From: an uncultured Chloroflexia bacterium
Lineage (GTDB): Bacteria > Chloroflexota > Limnocylindria > Limnocylindrales > CSP1-4
Direction: 5' to 3'
Assembly (NCBI GenBank): GCA_963828165.1
Contig: CAWHDR010000001.1
Span: 1,216,001 to 1,280,000, forward strand
DNA length: 64,000 nt
Shown piece after piece: positions 62,688-64,000 of this stretch. A program made the translations under genes and the position numbers. Within the stretch, counting starts at the first letter, position 1, and each line of letters begins with the position of its first letter. The notes beneath the pieces were generated by a model. The model did no database searches. It was given only the letters and a program-made list of their open reading frames with translations, and had not been told where the DNA came from.

Positions 62688-63953
62688 TTGGAGGTCGCGC
62701 TCGCCGGCGTCATCTTTCTCGTCACGTACGCACTCATCGCGACGGACCGCGTCGACAAGACCGTGGCCGCCCTGCTCGGTGGTTCGCTCGTCGTCATCCT
62801 CGGGATCGTCGACCAGGAAGAAGCGTTCGCCGCGATCGACCTCAACGTCATCTTCCTGCTGGCCGGGATGATGATCCTCGCGGGGATCCTTCGACAGACG
62901 GGCTTCTTCCAGTGGGTGGCGATCCGCTCGGTCAAGTGGGCTCGAGGCGAGCCATATCGCCTGCTGCTGATCCTGAGCGTGGTCACCGCGATCCTGTCGG
63001 CCTTCCTCGACAATGTCACGACGGTCGTCCTGCTGGCGCCGGTCACGCTCTACATCGCCAACGTCCTGCGAGTATCCCCGCTGCCGTTCCTGATCAGCGA
63101 GGTCCTGGCCTCGAATATCGGTGGTGCCGCGACACTGATCGGCGATCCCCCCAACATCCTCATCGGCTCGGCCGCAGACCTCGGGTTCGACGACTTCCTG
63201 ATCAACATGGCACCGGCGGCCGCGCTGGTGTTCGCTGCGTTCGTAGCCATGACGTACTGGTTCTTCGGACGCGATCTCTATGTCGATCCCGCGACCCGTG
63301 ACAGCGTCCTGGCTCTCGATGAACGGGAGGTCCTGACCGACCCGGGTCTGCTGCGCCTGAGCCTCGGGGTCATCGGTGCCACGGTCATCGGATTCCTGCT
63401 GGCCAAGCCGCTCGGCCTGGAGCCAGGCGCGATCGCCTTGCTCGGCGCAGCGGCCCTGCTGCTGCTCGCGCGGTCGGACGTCGAGGAGGTGCTCCACGAG
63501 GTCGAGTGGGCAACGCTCTTCTTCTTCGTCGGGCTGTTCATGCTCGTCGAGGCTGTCGTGCATGTGGGCATCGTCGGTGCGGTCGCGGACGGCCTCTTCG
63601 ATGCGACGGGTGGGGATGCAGCCGTCACGACCCTCGCTCTCGTCTGGCTGAGCGGCATCGCTTCGGCGATCATCGACAACATCCCGTACACGGCCGCGAT
63701 GATCCCGGTCGTCCAGGATCTCGGCGCAGCAGGCATCCCGATCGAACCACTTTGGTGGGCCCTCGCTCTGGGAGCCTGCTTCGGCGGGAACGCCACGATC
63801 ATCGGAGCCTCCGCCAATGTGGTCGTCGCGAACCTTGCCGGACGGGCAGATCACCCGATCACATTCCGCGCATTCCTTCGCTATGGCATCCCGGTCACGT
63901 TCGTCTCGCTCCTGATCTCGACGGGGTATGTGTTCGTGCGCTACCTGGCCTGA
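62688..63953 (+). CDS. ArsB/NhaD (IT superfamily) ion transporter
   Basis: SAFLDNVTT, ASNIGGAATLIGDPPN, SAIIDNIP, GGNATIIGASAN. Confidence 0.9.
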   Translation: MEVALAGVIFLVTYALIATDRVDKTVAALLGGSLVVILGIVDQEEAFAAIDLNVIFLLAGMMILAGILRQTGFFQWVAIRSVKWARGEPYRLLLILSVVTAILSAFLDNVTTVVLLAPVTLYIANVLRVSPLPFLISEVLASNIGGAATLIGDPPNILIGSAADLGFDDFLINMAPAAALVFAAFVAMTYWFFGRDLYVDPATRDSVLALDEREVLTDPGLLRLSLGVIGATVIGFLLAKPLGLEPGAIALLGAAALLLLARSDVEEVLHEVEWATLFFFVGLFMLVEAVVHVGIVGAVADGLFDATGGDAAVTTLALVWLSGIASAIIDNIPYTAAMIPVVQDLGAAGIPIEPLWWALALGACFGGNATIIGASANVVVANLAGRADHPITFRAFLRYGIPVTFVSLLISTGYVFVRYLA

Positions 63954-64000
63954 TGGGCCCATTTCCTGCGTTTTCCTTCGTTCTGCCCCAAGTCACCGGC

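Overview
High-GC bacterial chromosome segment spanning the replication origin. The gene content and order suggest Chloroflexota, possibly Limnocylindria/Ellin6529 (inference, no database search). Core genes: dnaA-[oriC]-dnaN-recF-dciA divergent from rpmH-rnpA-yidD-yidC-jag; parA-parB-gyrB-paaI-alkD-gyrA-prs-secA-ydcF; prfB (+1 frameshift); ftsE-ftsX-S41 peptidase-smpB; tmRNA; a parS site; and mreD-pbp2-rodA. The most interesting accessory parts are: (1) a 14-kb inositol-glycolipid/mannosylation locus (ArsR, PgsA-like, Ino1, two acyltransferases, PHP, PimA-like GT4, a ~1800-aa double GT-C/PMT fusion with an inserted propeller-like domain, another GT-C and a GT2); (2) a sortase with Ser in place of the catalytic Cys, next to an LPRTD substrate; (3) an atypical urease-like enzyme with no accessory genes and an altered flap; (4) a 74-aa protein with two CX3CX2C motifs coupled to prfB; (5) a 16-codon ORF with a perfect SD and a hairpin upstream of smpB; (6) a c-di-AMP riboswitch and a 6S-like structured RNA. 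All assignments come from motif recognition by eye.
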